From positions 140,566 to 191,792 of the forward strand of contig CAZJUH010000001.1 of the NCBI GenBank assembly GCA_964549165.1: a stretch of DNA of 51,227 nucleotides. The letters are read 5' to 3'. Of the stretch, positions 18,697 to 27,290 are shown piece after piece (the first letter of the stretch is position 1; each line of letters starts with the position of its first letter). The stretch is from an uncultured Gammaproteobacteria bacterium. GTDB taxonomy: Bacteria > Patescibacteriota > Microgenomatia > UBA12405. A model generated the notes under the pieces. It did not search any database and was not told the DNA's origin. It saw only the letters and a list, made by a program, of their open reading frames with translations. Position numbers and translations under genes: made by a program.

Positions 18697-20403
18697 TTAC
18701 TGTCCTGTCCCTTTTCTGTACACCGCCGCCCAGGGGACATAGCTACTGGTAAATGTTTTTTTATGAATTATTTCTCCGTTTTTGGTAACGGTCCAGTCAA
18801 AGGCCGTCTTTAATCCAGACACTCGGCTTTCGTCTTTAACGACTTTTCCGGCTGGCAGGGTAGGATCATCTATCCACACGTCTGGTGGTGCTGGAGCTGC
18901 CCCCCACTGTTTATAATTATCAATTACTGTTTTTCTTCCATCTGAAGTACCGTATATTTCATAAGTTAATTTTTTATTTTTACCATCATAATAACTTTGA
19001 ATTAAAAGGTGATGATTCGTATCATTGACAAAAGCTAAATCTGGCTTGGGAATAAACACAGTCGCGTCAAAGCCTGGTTTTGTGTCTTCTTCATAATAAG
19101 AAACCCGATATGCATGAGGCTGTCGTGCTGTAATATTGACTCCAGCATCGAGCATCGCCCTAAAGAGAGTGGTCGACACTTGGCAAATCCCTCCGCCTAC
19201 ATCCAGTTCCGTTTTTCCCTGCCTGATAATATATGCCTTTTTATAGCCATTATCGAGGCTTACTTCGCCGAGAGACTTAATAAAAGAAAAAGTTTCCCCA
19301 GGTGGCACCAAAATTCGATTTACAATTGAGGCTCCTTTTTCCACATTCCAATTTCTAATTTCACTACTATGTTTAAAACTGGAAGTACCTCTTCCGAGCA
19401 GCTCTTTTATTCCCAGACTGTTGACATCTGAATTATTAATTTTAGGCTGAACTTTAACCAGTGGCAGTTCGCTGACAATATTTTTTTCAGTTAGATTTTT
19501 CCAATTTAAAAAATCACGGCATATTTCCATTTTCATTTTTTCGCTATCTATCAAATAGCCTTCTTTGGCGGGGAGAAAATCTATCACTTTTCCATTCTCA
19601 AATTTAAAAACCGCATCCTGGGGTTCTTTCTTTAAACTTAAGCTCAAATTATCGACATATTCACTTACTTTTTGAGATTGACAATCACTTCCAAAACTTA
19701 TCCAGTTTACAAGGACCTTATCATCAATTTCAGTACTTACCTCATTACCTTTAAAAGTCACCGATTTTCCCACATATTCTTTTGCCGTTTCTAGTGCTTC
19801 TTCTTTATCTTTGTCTGTCGATAATTCCCCAATTTTTTCTACCGGAATTTCAGTTTCACTTTCTATTTCATATTTTTTTAATTTGCTGATGATAATTTCT
19901 TTAAACAATTCTTGGTTTGTAGTTTGCCCCAGCTCTCCGTCAATTATTTCGATATTTTTATTTAGAATTATTTCTACCGGGATAAAAGGTTTATCAATTT
20001 GTGAAGCTATTTCCGCAATTGTTTTATTTAATTGTTCCTCATCGAAATCAATTTCCAGTTCAAAATCCTTACTTTGAAAAAAGGCTCTAATATATTTACC
20101 AGGTCCCTCTTTAAGGCGGCGAAAAAGTAAATTTGAAGCGGTCTTGTCGGTATTAACTTTCGCTGAAATAGAGGCCAGTTCAACTGTAAAAATTCTTTCT
20201 CCTTCTCTAAAATTCAAATTTCCTTCCATGGGAAATTCTGTTTCCAGTTGATTAATTATTTCTTTTTTACCCAAGAGAGAATAGTTTTTTCCTAGTACGG
20301 TTGTCTTCTTGCCCGTCTTTCCAAACCCAAAGCCGAGTGGTGCCAAAAAACTTGCCAGGGTTAAAAATAAAACACTAATTACAATTAAAATCTTATTTTT
20401 CAT
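18697..20403 (-). CDS. VanW-family protein with putative peptidoglycan-binding repeats
   Basis: GGGICQVSTTLFRA, RQPHAY, PGFDATV and DLAFVN motifs; N-terminal TM anchor; start ATG 20403. Confidence 0.88.
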   Translation of the reverse strand: MKNKILIVISVLFLTLASFLAPLGFGFGKTGKKTTVLGKNYSLLGKKEIINQLETEFPMEGNLNFREGERIFTVELASISAKVNTDKTASNLLFRRLKEGPGKYIRAFFQSKDFELEIDFDEEQLNKTIAEIASQIDKPFIPVEIILNKNIEIIDGELGQTTNQELFKEIIISKLKKYEIESETEIPVEKIGELSTDKDKEEALETAKEYVGKSVTFKGNEVSTEIDDKVLVNWISFGSDCQSQKVSEYVDNLSLSLKKEPQDAVFKFENGKVIDFLPAKEGYLIDSEKMKMEICRDFLNWKNLTEKNIVSELPLVKVQPKINNSDVNSLGIKELLGRGTSSFKHSSEIRNWNVEKGASIVNRILVPPGETFSFIKSLGEVSLDNGYKKAYIIRQGKTELDVGGGICQVSTTLFRAMLDAGVNITARQPHAYRVSYYEEDTKPGFDATVFIPKPDLAFVNDTNHHLLIQSYYDGKNKKLTYEIYGTSDGRKTVIDNYKQWGAAPAPPDVWIDDPTLPAGKVVKDESRVSGLKTAFDWTVTKNGEIIHKKTFTSSYVPWAAVYRKGTGQ

Positions 20404-20800
20404 TTTTTTCGTCCATCGCCTTGTTGGCCAAAGCATCAGCCCGAAAATTAAGTTCTCGTCTTATTTCTTTAAAAATAATTTTTTTATTATTACCCAAATT
20501 TTGTGCAATTAGCCAAAGTTTCTTTAAGTTGTCTGCTTTTACTTTGTATTTTCCCTGCATTTGTCTAACTAAAAGCTGGGAGTCCGAATATATTTCAATT
20601 TCCGCCTCCTTTGCCTTACTATTAATCCAGTCCAAAGCCCCAATTAAGCCCAAATATTCTGCCTCATTATTAGTTTTTACCCCCAAAAATTTAGCTTCTT
20701 CAAAAAGAGTTTTTTTATTTTCATCTTCAATATATACTCCGTAACCAGCTATTCCTGGATTGCCCCTCGCCCCCCCGTCAGTAAACACCCTTATTCTCAT
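20393..20800 (-). CDS. rnhA: Ribonuclease HI family protein
   Basis: TDGGARGNPG, TNNEAEY, SDSQLLVRQ and N..ADALAN motifs. Confidence 0.92.
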   Translation of the reverse strand: MRIRVFTDGGARGNPGIAGYGVYIEDENKKTLFEEAKFLGVKTNNEAEYLGLIGALDWINSKAKEAEIEIYSDSQLLVRQMQGKYKVKADNLKKLWLIAQNLGNNKKIIFKEIRRELNFRADALANKAMDEKNEK

Positions 20801-20807
20801 GTAAGTA

Positions 20808-21539
20808 TCATAGCAAAAAATACATTATTCCCAAACCGATGAGCACTGAAACGAGTTGCCATAAACTTTGTTTAATTTTATTTTCGTGTCGGTGAAGTTC
20901 GGGAATTAAGTCGGATGCCGCTAAATAAATAAACCCCCCAGCCGTAATTGCCATTAGTTCTCCTTGTATTTTAGTCATATCGTAGACGAGCCAGATAATT
21001 AACACTCCCAAAACGCTCAAAAAGGCTGAGCCGAGGTTAAGCAGAGTTGCTCTTTTGACCGAAAATCCTCCATGAATTAAAATCGCAAAATCACCTATTT
21101 CCTGCGGAATTTCATGCATGAGTACTGCGAGGGATGTGCTTATCCCAATCGAGACACTAATCATAAAACTACTGCCAATTATCAGTCCGTCGATTAAATT
21201 GTGAATTGAATCAGCTACAATACTAATCCATACCAGTTGGTTATTCCCCTCACAGTCGATATCGTGGCAATGTCTCCATTTCAATATTTTTTCCAAAGAA
21301 AAAAAGATAAGCATACCAATGATTATCATCAGACCCGTTTTTTCGGAGCTAATCATGGCCGTTGACTCAGGAATTAAATGTAAAAAGGCATCTCCAAGAA
21401 GTGCTCCGGTGGCTATCCCCACTAGGGTCAAAAGTTCATCTTTTAGTTTGTTTTTTCTGATTTTAATAAAAAGTAATCCGAGAAGCGAGACTAGACTTAT
21501 TAAAACAGAAGCCAGCAAGGCCATTAATATTGGATTCAT
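20808..21539 (-). CDS. ZIP-family divalent metal transporter
   Basis: DSIHNLIDG and HEIPQEIGDF motifs; start set at ATG 21539, 7 nt after TAGAAT. Confidence 0.9.
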   Translation of the reverse strand: MNPILMALLASVLISLVSLLGLLFIKIRKNKLKDELLTLVGIATGALLGDAFLHLIPESTAMISSEKTGLMIIIGMLIFFSLEKILKWRHCHDIDCEGNNQLVWISIVADSIHNLIDGLIIGSSFMISVSIGISTSLAVLMHEIPQEIGDFAILIHGGFSVKRATLLNLGSAFLSVLGVLIIWLVYDMTKIQGELMAITAGGFIYLAASDLIPELHRHENKIKQSLWQLVSVLIGLGIMYFLL

Positions 21540-21589
21540 GGGCCCCATTCTACTTCATTTTTTTATCTTCCGCCAGTTATAATAGTATT

Positions 21590-23068
21590 GTGGAACCACA
21601 AGATTTTAAGTCACCTCTACCACCACGTCGGATTACTGTTCCCGATGAGTCAAGTGAGCCAACTTCTCCACAACCTCCCATAAATGCTGAAGTCGCCCCA
21701 GAAATTATTCCAAATCGCATCACCCTCGCCCCTCAAAAAAGGTCATTTATACCCTATCTCATAGGTATTTTTGTTATTGCCCTCCTCGCTTTATTGATTT
21801 TCAAATTTATCATTCCATCTTTTAATAAAAGCAGTTCCAAGCTGGTGACGATTACTTACTGGGGACTTTGGGAAGATTCCAGTGTCCTCCAGGGGATAAT
21901 TTCCGATTTTGAGAGCAAAAATCCTAATATCAAAATTAACTATAAAAAAAATGATAAGACTGATTTTCGGACTCGCTTGGCTGGACGAATAATCAAAGAT
22001 CCAGAGACCGAGGAGGTTCCCGACATTTTCCGAATTCATTCTTCTTGGCTACCTATGTTCAAGGACAATATTTCACCAGTTCCGCTTGCTACCCTCACCG
22101 CTTTAAATTTTGAGCAGGATTTTTATGATGTCTACAAAAAAGACCTAAAGATGGGTAATTCATATTATGCTATTCCCTTGATGTATGACGGTCTCGTTCT
22201 TTTCTACAATAAAGATTTAATTCAAAAAGGTGGCGTTGAGTTGCCAAAAACCTGGTGGGATTTAAAAACCGCCGCCTCAAAGTTAACCGTTAGAGACCAA
22301 AATGGCAATATTGAAATTGCCGGGGTAGCCATGGGTCTGACTGACAATGTCGACCACTGGAGTGATATTCTTGGTCTTTTATTAAAACAAAACGGGGCCG
22401 ATATTTTAAAAATAAAGAAAAGCGATGAAGACAACAAAAAAATCAAAGATGTCCTCTCATATTATATAAATTTTTACAGTGACGAGCTTCGTCCTTGGGA
22501 TGAAACTCAGCCAAGTTCCACTGATCTTTTTGCCAGCGGTAAATTAGCTTTTTATATTGCTCCTTCTTGGCGGGTTTTTAATCTTGATGAAAAAAACCCC
22601 AGTTTACCATTTGAAATTACTTCTATTCCCCAGCTGCCAATCCTTGATACTGGCAATTTAACCAATATTCACTGGGCCACCTATTGGGTTGAGGCGGTAA
22701 ATTCTAAAAGTAGACATCAGGCTGAGGCGTGGAAATTTTTGGAGTTTCTAGCCTCCAAAGAATCCCTTCAAAAAATGTATACGGCGGCCTCAGACACTCG
22801 TCGTTTTGGGGAAATATATTCTCGAAAAAGTCTTGGGGAAAGTTTAAAAAACGAACCCAAACTAAAACCTTTTATTGACAGTGCCAATTTTGCCGAGTCG
22901 GGTTATTTAGCCTCTCGCACTTTTGATGGTGGAGGTATAAATAGTGATTTTAATAAATATTTTGGTGATGCTATTAATGCCATTGTTAAAAATAATAGTG
23001 ATCCAGAAGCGGTCATGACCACCTTAAATAGTGGCATTGATCAGATAATTCAAAAATATAAACTCTAA
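21590..23068 (+). CDS. Membrane-anchored extracellular solute-binding protein (sugar ABC family 1)
   Basis: Pro-rich N-terminus, TM helix, ITYWGLW, PDIF, AIPLMYDGLVLFYNK and LPKTW motifs; GTG start 6 nt after TATAAT. Confidence 0.85.
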   Translation: MEPQDFKSPLPPRRITVPDESSEPTSPQPPINAEVAPEIIPNRITLAPQKRSFIPYLIGIFVIALLALLIFKFIIPSFNKSSSKLVTITYWGLWEDSSVLQGIISDFESKNPNIKINYKKNDKTDFRTRLAGRIIKDPETEEVPDIFRIHSSWLPMFKDNISPVPLATLTALNFEQDFYDVYKKDLKMGNSYYAIPLMYDGLVLFYNKDLIQKGGVELPKTWWDLKTAASKLTVRDQNGNIEIAGVAMGLTDNVDHWSDILGLLLKQNGADILKIKKSDEDNKKIKDVLSYYINFYSDELRPWDETQPSSTDLFASGKLAFYIAPSWRVFNLDEKNPSLPFEITSIPQLPILDTGNLTNIHWATYWVEAVNSKSRHQAEAWKFLEFLASKESLQKMYTAASDTRRFGEIYSRKSLGESLKNEPKLKPFIDSANFAESGYLASRTFDGGGINSDFNKYFGDAINAIVKNNSDPEAVMTTLNSGIDQIIQKYKL

Positions 23069-23721
23069 TGATTTTATTAAATTTTAAATTATATCCGCAA
23101 ACCTTTGGTGACAAGGCCCTAAATTTATCAGCTATCGCCAAGGAGGTTATGGAAATTACGGGAGTTAAAATAATTCCCGTTCTTTCCGCTCTTGATGCTG
23201 TCAGAGTCAAGGAAAAATTAAACATCGATGTCTATCTTCAACATGTTGATGTCTATTCGCAGGGTCCTTACACTGGATACGTCTCTGCTTTGGCTGCTAA
23301 ATCACTGGGGATAAAGGGGGCTTTAATAAATCATTCTGAGCACCGTTTAAAATTGGGGACTCTTAAACAAATTATAAAATCTTGGCCAACTGATTTTGAT
23401 TCTATTTTATGTCTCCAAAGCCATCATCAACTTTTACGTTGGGCTTCAAAATTAAAAGTAAAATATTTTGCTTATGAACCAAAAGAGTTTATCGGCAATT
23501 CTAAAACCTCTGTTGCTTCTGCCAAACCTGAGCAAATAATTAATTTTATTAAAACTTTAAACCCAGCCCCTGTTTTAGTTGGTGCCGGAATTCATTCAGG
23601 GAAAGACGTCTCAACTAGCCTAAAGCTGGGAGCTATGGGTATTTTGGTTTCTTCTTCGATTATAAAATCATCGGATCCCAAAAAAGAATTAATAGCACTA
23701 GCCTCCGCTTTTAGTGTATAA
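23068..23721 (+). CDS. tpiA: Triosephosphate isomerase, short archaeal-type
   Basis: LNFK, LINHSE, AYEP...IG and LVGAGI motifs; 217 aa. Confidence 0.88.
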   Translation: MILLNFKLYPQTFGDKALNLSAIAKEVMEITGVKIIPVLSALDAVRVKEKLNIDVYLQHVDVYSQGPYTGYVSALAAKSLGIKGALINHSEHRLKLGTLKQIIKSWPTDFDSILCLQSHHQLLRWASKLKVKYFAYEPKEFIGNSKTSVASAKPEQIINFIKTLNPAPVLVGAGIHSGKDVSTSLKLGAMGILVSSSIIKSSDPKKELIALASAFSV

Positions 23722-23732
23722 TTCATAAGTTT

Positions 23733-24422
23733 ATGGCATCAATTGATAATCTTTTAGTTTCTCTCTTCGTTGACGAGGTCGTTGGCGGTTTTATTGTTAC
23801 CGTCCCCCCTGGTCATGTTGGCTGTATTTATAGTATTTTTAGAGGGGTCTTAAAAAATGTTTGGTATCCTGGCATGCATTTTAAGATTCCGATTTTCCAC
23901 CGGGTAAAACTCTTTAATGCTCAGCTCATCGAATACACCATATCCAAGGATGTTTATCTCAAAGACAATAAAGAGATTATGGGTGATGAATTAATTCACG
24001 CTGTTACCACCGACAATAAATTTGTGGCTGTGGAGGCTACAGTTTTAATCAAACTAGATACCGACAGGTTGCCGGAAATATGGCAAAACATCGGTGAAAA
24101 TTTTGTTTCCAAGGTTGTTCGTCCAGTTACTCGAAGTCGTATTCGCAAAGTTCTTACTAATCACACCCTGGTTAAATCTTTATCAACTGATCGGAGTTTA
24201 ATCGAAGACGAAATTAAGCAAGAACTTCGTGATTCTTTGACCCAGCACGGTCTTTACGTCGAAAATTTTTATCTGTCTTCTCTCACTCCAATTGACGCCC
24301 CTTTTAATATAGAAGAAGTGGCGGAATTATCGCCTCCTCTTATTTCTGGACTCCAGCCAGAGTCAAAGCCCAGCTTAAATTCACCCCCGAATTCTTCAAG
24401 GTCTTCAATGCCGCAGTCATAG
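23733..24422 (+). CDS. SPFH/prohibitin (band 7) family protein
   Basis: VPPGHVG, PGMHFKIP and VRPVTRSRIR motifs. Confidence 0.8.
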   Translation: MASIDNLLVSLFVDEVVGGFIVTVPPGHVGCIYSIFRGVLKNVWYPGMHFKIPIFHRVKLFNAQLIEYTISKDVYLKDNKEIMGDELIHAVTTDNKFVAVEATVLIKLDTDRLPEIWQNIGENFVSKVVRPVTRSRIRKVLTNHTLVKSLSTDRSLIEDEIKQELRDSLTQHGLYVENFYLSSLTPIDAPFNIEEVAELSPPLISGLQPESKPSLNSPPNSSRSSMPQS

Positions 24423-24984
24423 TGGCCCCGCTAGTAATTACATCATCAATCAATATAATTTTTTTAGGAATTTTTTTATTGTTTACTACCTGAAAAACAT
24501 CGGTCATGTTTTTCCACTTTTCCTCTCTATTTTTTATTTTGGCCTGACTTTTTATTTTTAATTTTCTAATTATTAAATTATTTCTCCATTTCAATTTTAA
24601 AATTTTCGATAGTTTTTCGGTCAGTATTTCACTTTGATTAAAGCCTCTCCATCTAAGTCTTTGTTCGTGAAGAGGAATTGGGATTAAGGAGTATTTTTCC
24701 TTTTGCCAATATCTAACAATATTTGGATAATCTAATTTTAATTTTCTCGCCATTTTTTCAGCCATCTCCTCAACCGTGTCACTAACAAATCCGTATTTTA
24801 TTTTTTCAATAATATTTTTTATTAACCCATCATATTTATAAATTGAAATAATTCCCTCAAATCCATCTTTTTTAATTAATTCCCCATTTTTTATTTTAGC
24901 CTCACAAAAGCTACAGAGGTATCTATCTCCCTTGCCACAACCAAAACAGTTTCTCGGAAATAACCAATTGATTATTAAAGACAT
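24340..24984 (-). CDS. comF: ComF-family protein (zinc ribbon plus PRTase domain)
   Basis: LFPRNCFGC...LCSFC, PIPLH...RGFNQSE and LIDDVITSGAT motifs. Confidence 0.88.
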   Translation of the reverse strand: MSLIINWLFPRNCFGCGKGDRYLCSFCEAKIKNGELIKKDGFEGIISIYKYDGLIKNIIEKIKYGFVSDTVEEMAEKMARKLKLDYPNIVRYWQKEKYSLIPIPLHEQRLRWRGFNQSEILTEKLSKILKLKWRNNLIIRKLKIKSQAKIKNREEKWKNMTDVFQVVNNKKIPKKIILIDDVITSGATMTAALKTLKNSGVNLSWALTLAGVQK

Positions 24985-25005
24985 CTTTTAATTGTAGAAT
25001 ACACT
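24985..25005. promoter_or_regulatory. Overlapping divergent -10 boxes (TACAAT minus strand 24991-24996, TAGAAT plus strand 24995-25000)
   Basis: Each box lies 5-6 nt from its start codon in a 21-bp intergenic gap. Confidence 0.6.
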
Positions 25006-26061
25006 GTGGACTTAATAAAACGTCGAGATGCTTCAAACAGTCTATTAGATTTTCTTATCTGGGCCATTCTTAGTCTTTTCAGTGTTAGGCTATTTCTATT
25101 AATTTTTAATAATCCCGTTATCGGTCGGGGCAACTGGCACATCGCCCACGTTCTTTGGGGTGGTTTGTTTATGCTTGCGGGCATAATTATATTTATCATT
25201 TTTTCGGGCAAGTCAGCTCTTAGAATTGCCTCTATATTAAGTGGTATTGGCTGGGGTCTCTTTATCGATGAGATTGGTAAGTATCTTACACAGGACAATA
25301 ATTACTGGTTTCGACCTGCCGTTGTCTTTATCTACATTTCCTTTGTTTTAATATTTTTTCTTTATCGAATTTTAGAAAAAAATACTCGTCCCACCCGAGC
25401 CTCATTATGGCACGGGCTACTTGAAGACTGTCAGGAACTTGTCAATGACGATCTTGAAGTAAAAGAAAAGAAAATAATTCTAAACGAGATCAGTGAATTA
25501 GAATTATTATTGTCTTTACCCGCAGAAAAAAAGATATTATTGGATCTAAAAGCGCTTGTAACCTCAATTGAACCCCAAAAAGATCGTTATAAATTAAACT
25601 TAAGTAAATTTATTGCTTCAACTTTGAAAATTACTTACAATCGTCTTTTTAAAAAGAGATTAGTTTTTTACGCTCTGTTATTTTATAGTCTTTGGTACAT
25701 TGGAGACAAGCTATTAGATTTGACAAAGTTATTATTAAACCCAAACAAAATTTTGCTTCTTCAAGATTATTATCGTCATTATAATTTTTTTTCTGAGATT
25801 GATGTTTTTATGATAAGTTCAAAATTTGTTATTGATATTTTTGTTGCCCTATTCTTAATCCTAGGATTTATTTTTTTTATCAAAAAAAAGACCATAAAAG
25901 GGATTAGCTTTTTTCAACTGGGCTTATTAATTAATATCTTTTTAGGGGCCCCGATTAAATTTTATTTTGAACAGTTTAGTGCTGTTTTTTCTTTAATTTT
26001 GTCTATTTTTGTTTATTCTTGGCTCAAAGACTATTATCAGGAAAAATTATTGAAACTCTAG
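25006..26061 (+). CDS. Hypothetical polytopic membrane protein
   Basis: Multiple TM segments; WHIAHVLWGG and GLFIDE motifs; function not recognised. Confidence 0.75.
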   Translation: MDLIKRRDASNSLLDFLIWAILSLFSVRLFLLIFNNPVIGRGNWHIAHVLWGGLFMLAGIIIFIIFSGKSALRIASILSGIGWGLFIDEIGKYLTQDNNYWFRPAVVFIYISFVLIFFLYRILEKNTRPTRASLWHGLLEDCQELVNDDLEVKEKKIILNEISELELLLSLPAEKKILLDLKALVTSIEPQKDRYKLNLSKFIASTLKITYNRLFKKRLVFYALLFYSLWYIGDKLLDLTKLLLNPNKILLLQDYYRHYNFFSEIDVFMISSKFVIDIFVALFLILGFIFFIKKKTIKGISFFQLGLLINIFLGAPIKFYFEQFSAVFSLILSIFVYSWLKDYYQEKLLKL

Positions 26062-26072
26062 GCGATTTTTGC

Positions 26073-26078
26073 TATAAT
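26073..26078 (+). promoter_or_regulatory. Extended -10 box for tmRNA
   Basis: TGCTATAAT 12 nt before the predicted mature 5' end. Confidence 0.65.
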
Positions 26079-26090
26079 TCCTTGTTTCGT

Positions 26091-26539
26091 GGAGATGTAA
26101 TGAATTGACGGAGTTGTTCTTTAAAAAACTGCAAGCCGACTTTGACTCATTCAGTCGAATCGCTAACGCGATCCGCCTCTGGCGGAAAACAGAGTCAAAA
26201 CAAACATGCCAAAAATACTTTTGGTGTTGACTTAACCAAGGTAGCTCAAAACGTTAATTCGTTTTTTGCTCCCAAGGCCAATGCTTACGCTTTAGCTTAA
26301 GCACTCAACCATTGTTTATTTTCCTGTTCTAAGGGGATTTAAACAGTGTCAATAAAATTAGAATGCTCTTGTTGGAATCTCGATTTTCTAACAATTTAAG
26401 AGGGGAGTAATGTCCCCACTAATCGACATTTTAAGAAAATTAATAATTTTTTTCTTAAAAATTAAGTCTAAACTATTAAAGCTTGTAGACGTTTTTTTTA
26501 GTCAGCTTTCGGACCCCGGGTCACTCTCGGGCATCTCCT
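26091..26539 (+). ncRNA. ssrA: tmRNA with non-canonical tRNA-like domain; tag ORF 26208-26300 (AKNTFGVDLTKVAQNVNSFFAPKANAYALA)
   Basis: 5' GGAGATGTAATGAATTGAC pairs with 3' CATCTCC (26532-26538); tag ends AYALA-stop; smpB is adjacent. Confidence 0.85.
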
Positions 26540-26546
26540 CCTTCGC

Positions 26547-26614
26547 CTCGCTGAAGTCCCAATGAATTGGGACGAAAGCGGGCTTCGCCCTCATTCAGCT
26601 AAGGCTTCGGCGAG
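26547..26614. repeat. Nested palindromic (REP-like) element between tmRNA and the GIY-YIG gene
   Basis: Outer stem CTCGCTGAAG/CTTCGGCGAG; inner perfect hairpin GTCCCAAT-GA-ATTGGGAC (26556-26573). Confidence 0.75.
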
Positions 26615-26647
26615 ACACAGTCCTCAAAATTTGGTAATATTTCTCTC

Positions 26648-26896
26648 ATGTACTACGTCTATATTTTAAGGTGTTGCGATAGAGGTTTTTATGTAGGTTG
26701 CACAGATAATTTAAAATCAAGGTTTGAAAAACATTCTCGCGGGTATATTGACGCTACTAAATATCGTTTACCGCTAAAAATTGAAATGTATTTCTGCTTT
26801 AGAAATAAATATGTTGCGTATAATTTTGAAAAATATTTAAAGAGTGGTTCCGGAAGAGCCTTTACGAAAAGACATTTTACCGAAGAGTTTTTTTAG
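26648..26896 (+). CDS. Small stand-alone GIY-YIG nuclease family protein
   Basis: YYVYIL...FYVG.T.NL..R...H and FEKYLKSGSGR motifs; 82 aa. Confidence 0.85.
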   Translation: MYYVYILRCCDRGFYVGCTDNLKSRFEKHSRGYIDATKYRLPLKIEMYFCFRNKYVAYNFEKYLKSGSGRAFTKRHFTEEFF

Positions 26897-27290
26897 CCTC
26901 TTTCTTTCTAATCTTCTCTCTCTTCTCAAATTTTCTCATCTTTCTTCCAATTCCAATTTCCATCTTAAACCAAATTCCTTGCAAAAAAATTGAAATGGGA
27001 ATCATCATATATTTTTGATTTCGGTAAGACTGCAATTTTGCAATTTCTTTGGAGTTTAAAAGCAGTTTTCTCTCTCCACTCTTGTCTGTTTCCTGATTTT
27101 GACTGTATTTATAAGGAGTTATTTCTAAATTCATAACTGTCGGCATGCCATTAATTACTTCCACCTTTGCCCCCTTAAAATGAACTCCGTTGACTCGCAG
27201 GGCTTTGGCATCAGCCCCACTCAGGACAATCCCAGCCACCATCTTGTCGCTAAAACTATAGTCAAGCGAATCTTTATTAAAATATTTCAT
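26877..27290 (-). CDS. smpB: SsrA-binding protein SmpB, divergent
   Basis: AGIVLSG, RKLLLN..EI, IP...F...FKMEIGIG and basic C-terminal tail; next to tmRNA. Confidence 0.82.
   Translation of the reverse strand: MKYFNKDSLDYSFSDKMVAGIVLSGADAKALRVNGVHFKGAKVEVINGMPTVMNLEITPYKYSQNQETDKSGERKLLLNSKEIAKLQSYRNQKYMMIPISIFLQGIWFKMEIGIGRKMRKFEKREKIRKKEAKKTLR

Noticed and set aside
24340-24422. 83-bp convergent overlap of the SPFH and comF genes as a functional feature
   Set aside because: The SPFH tail is low-complexity read-through antisense to comF, which is ordinary in compact genomes.
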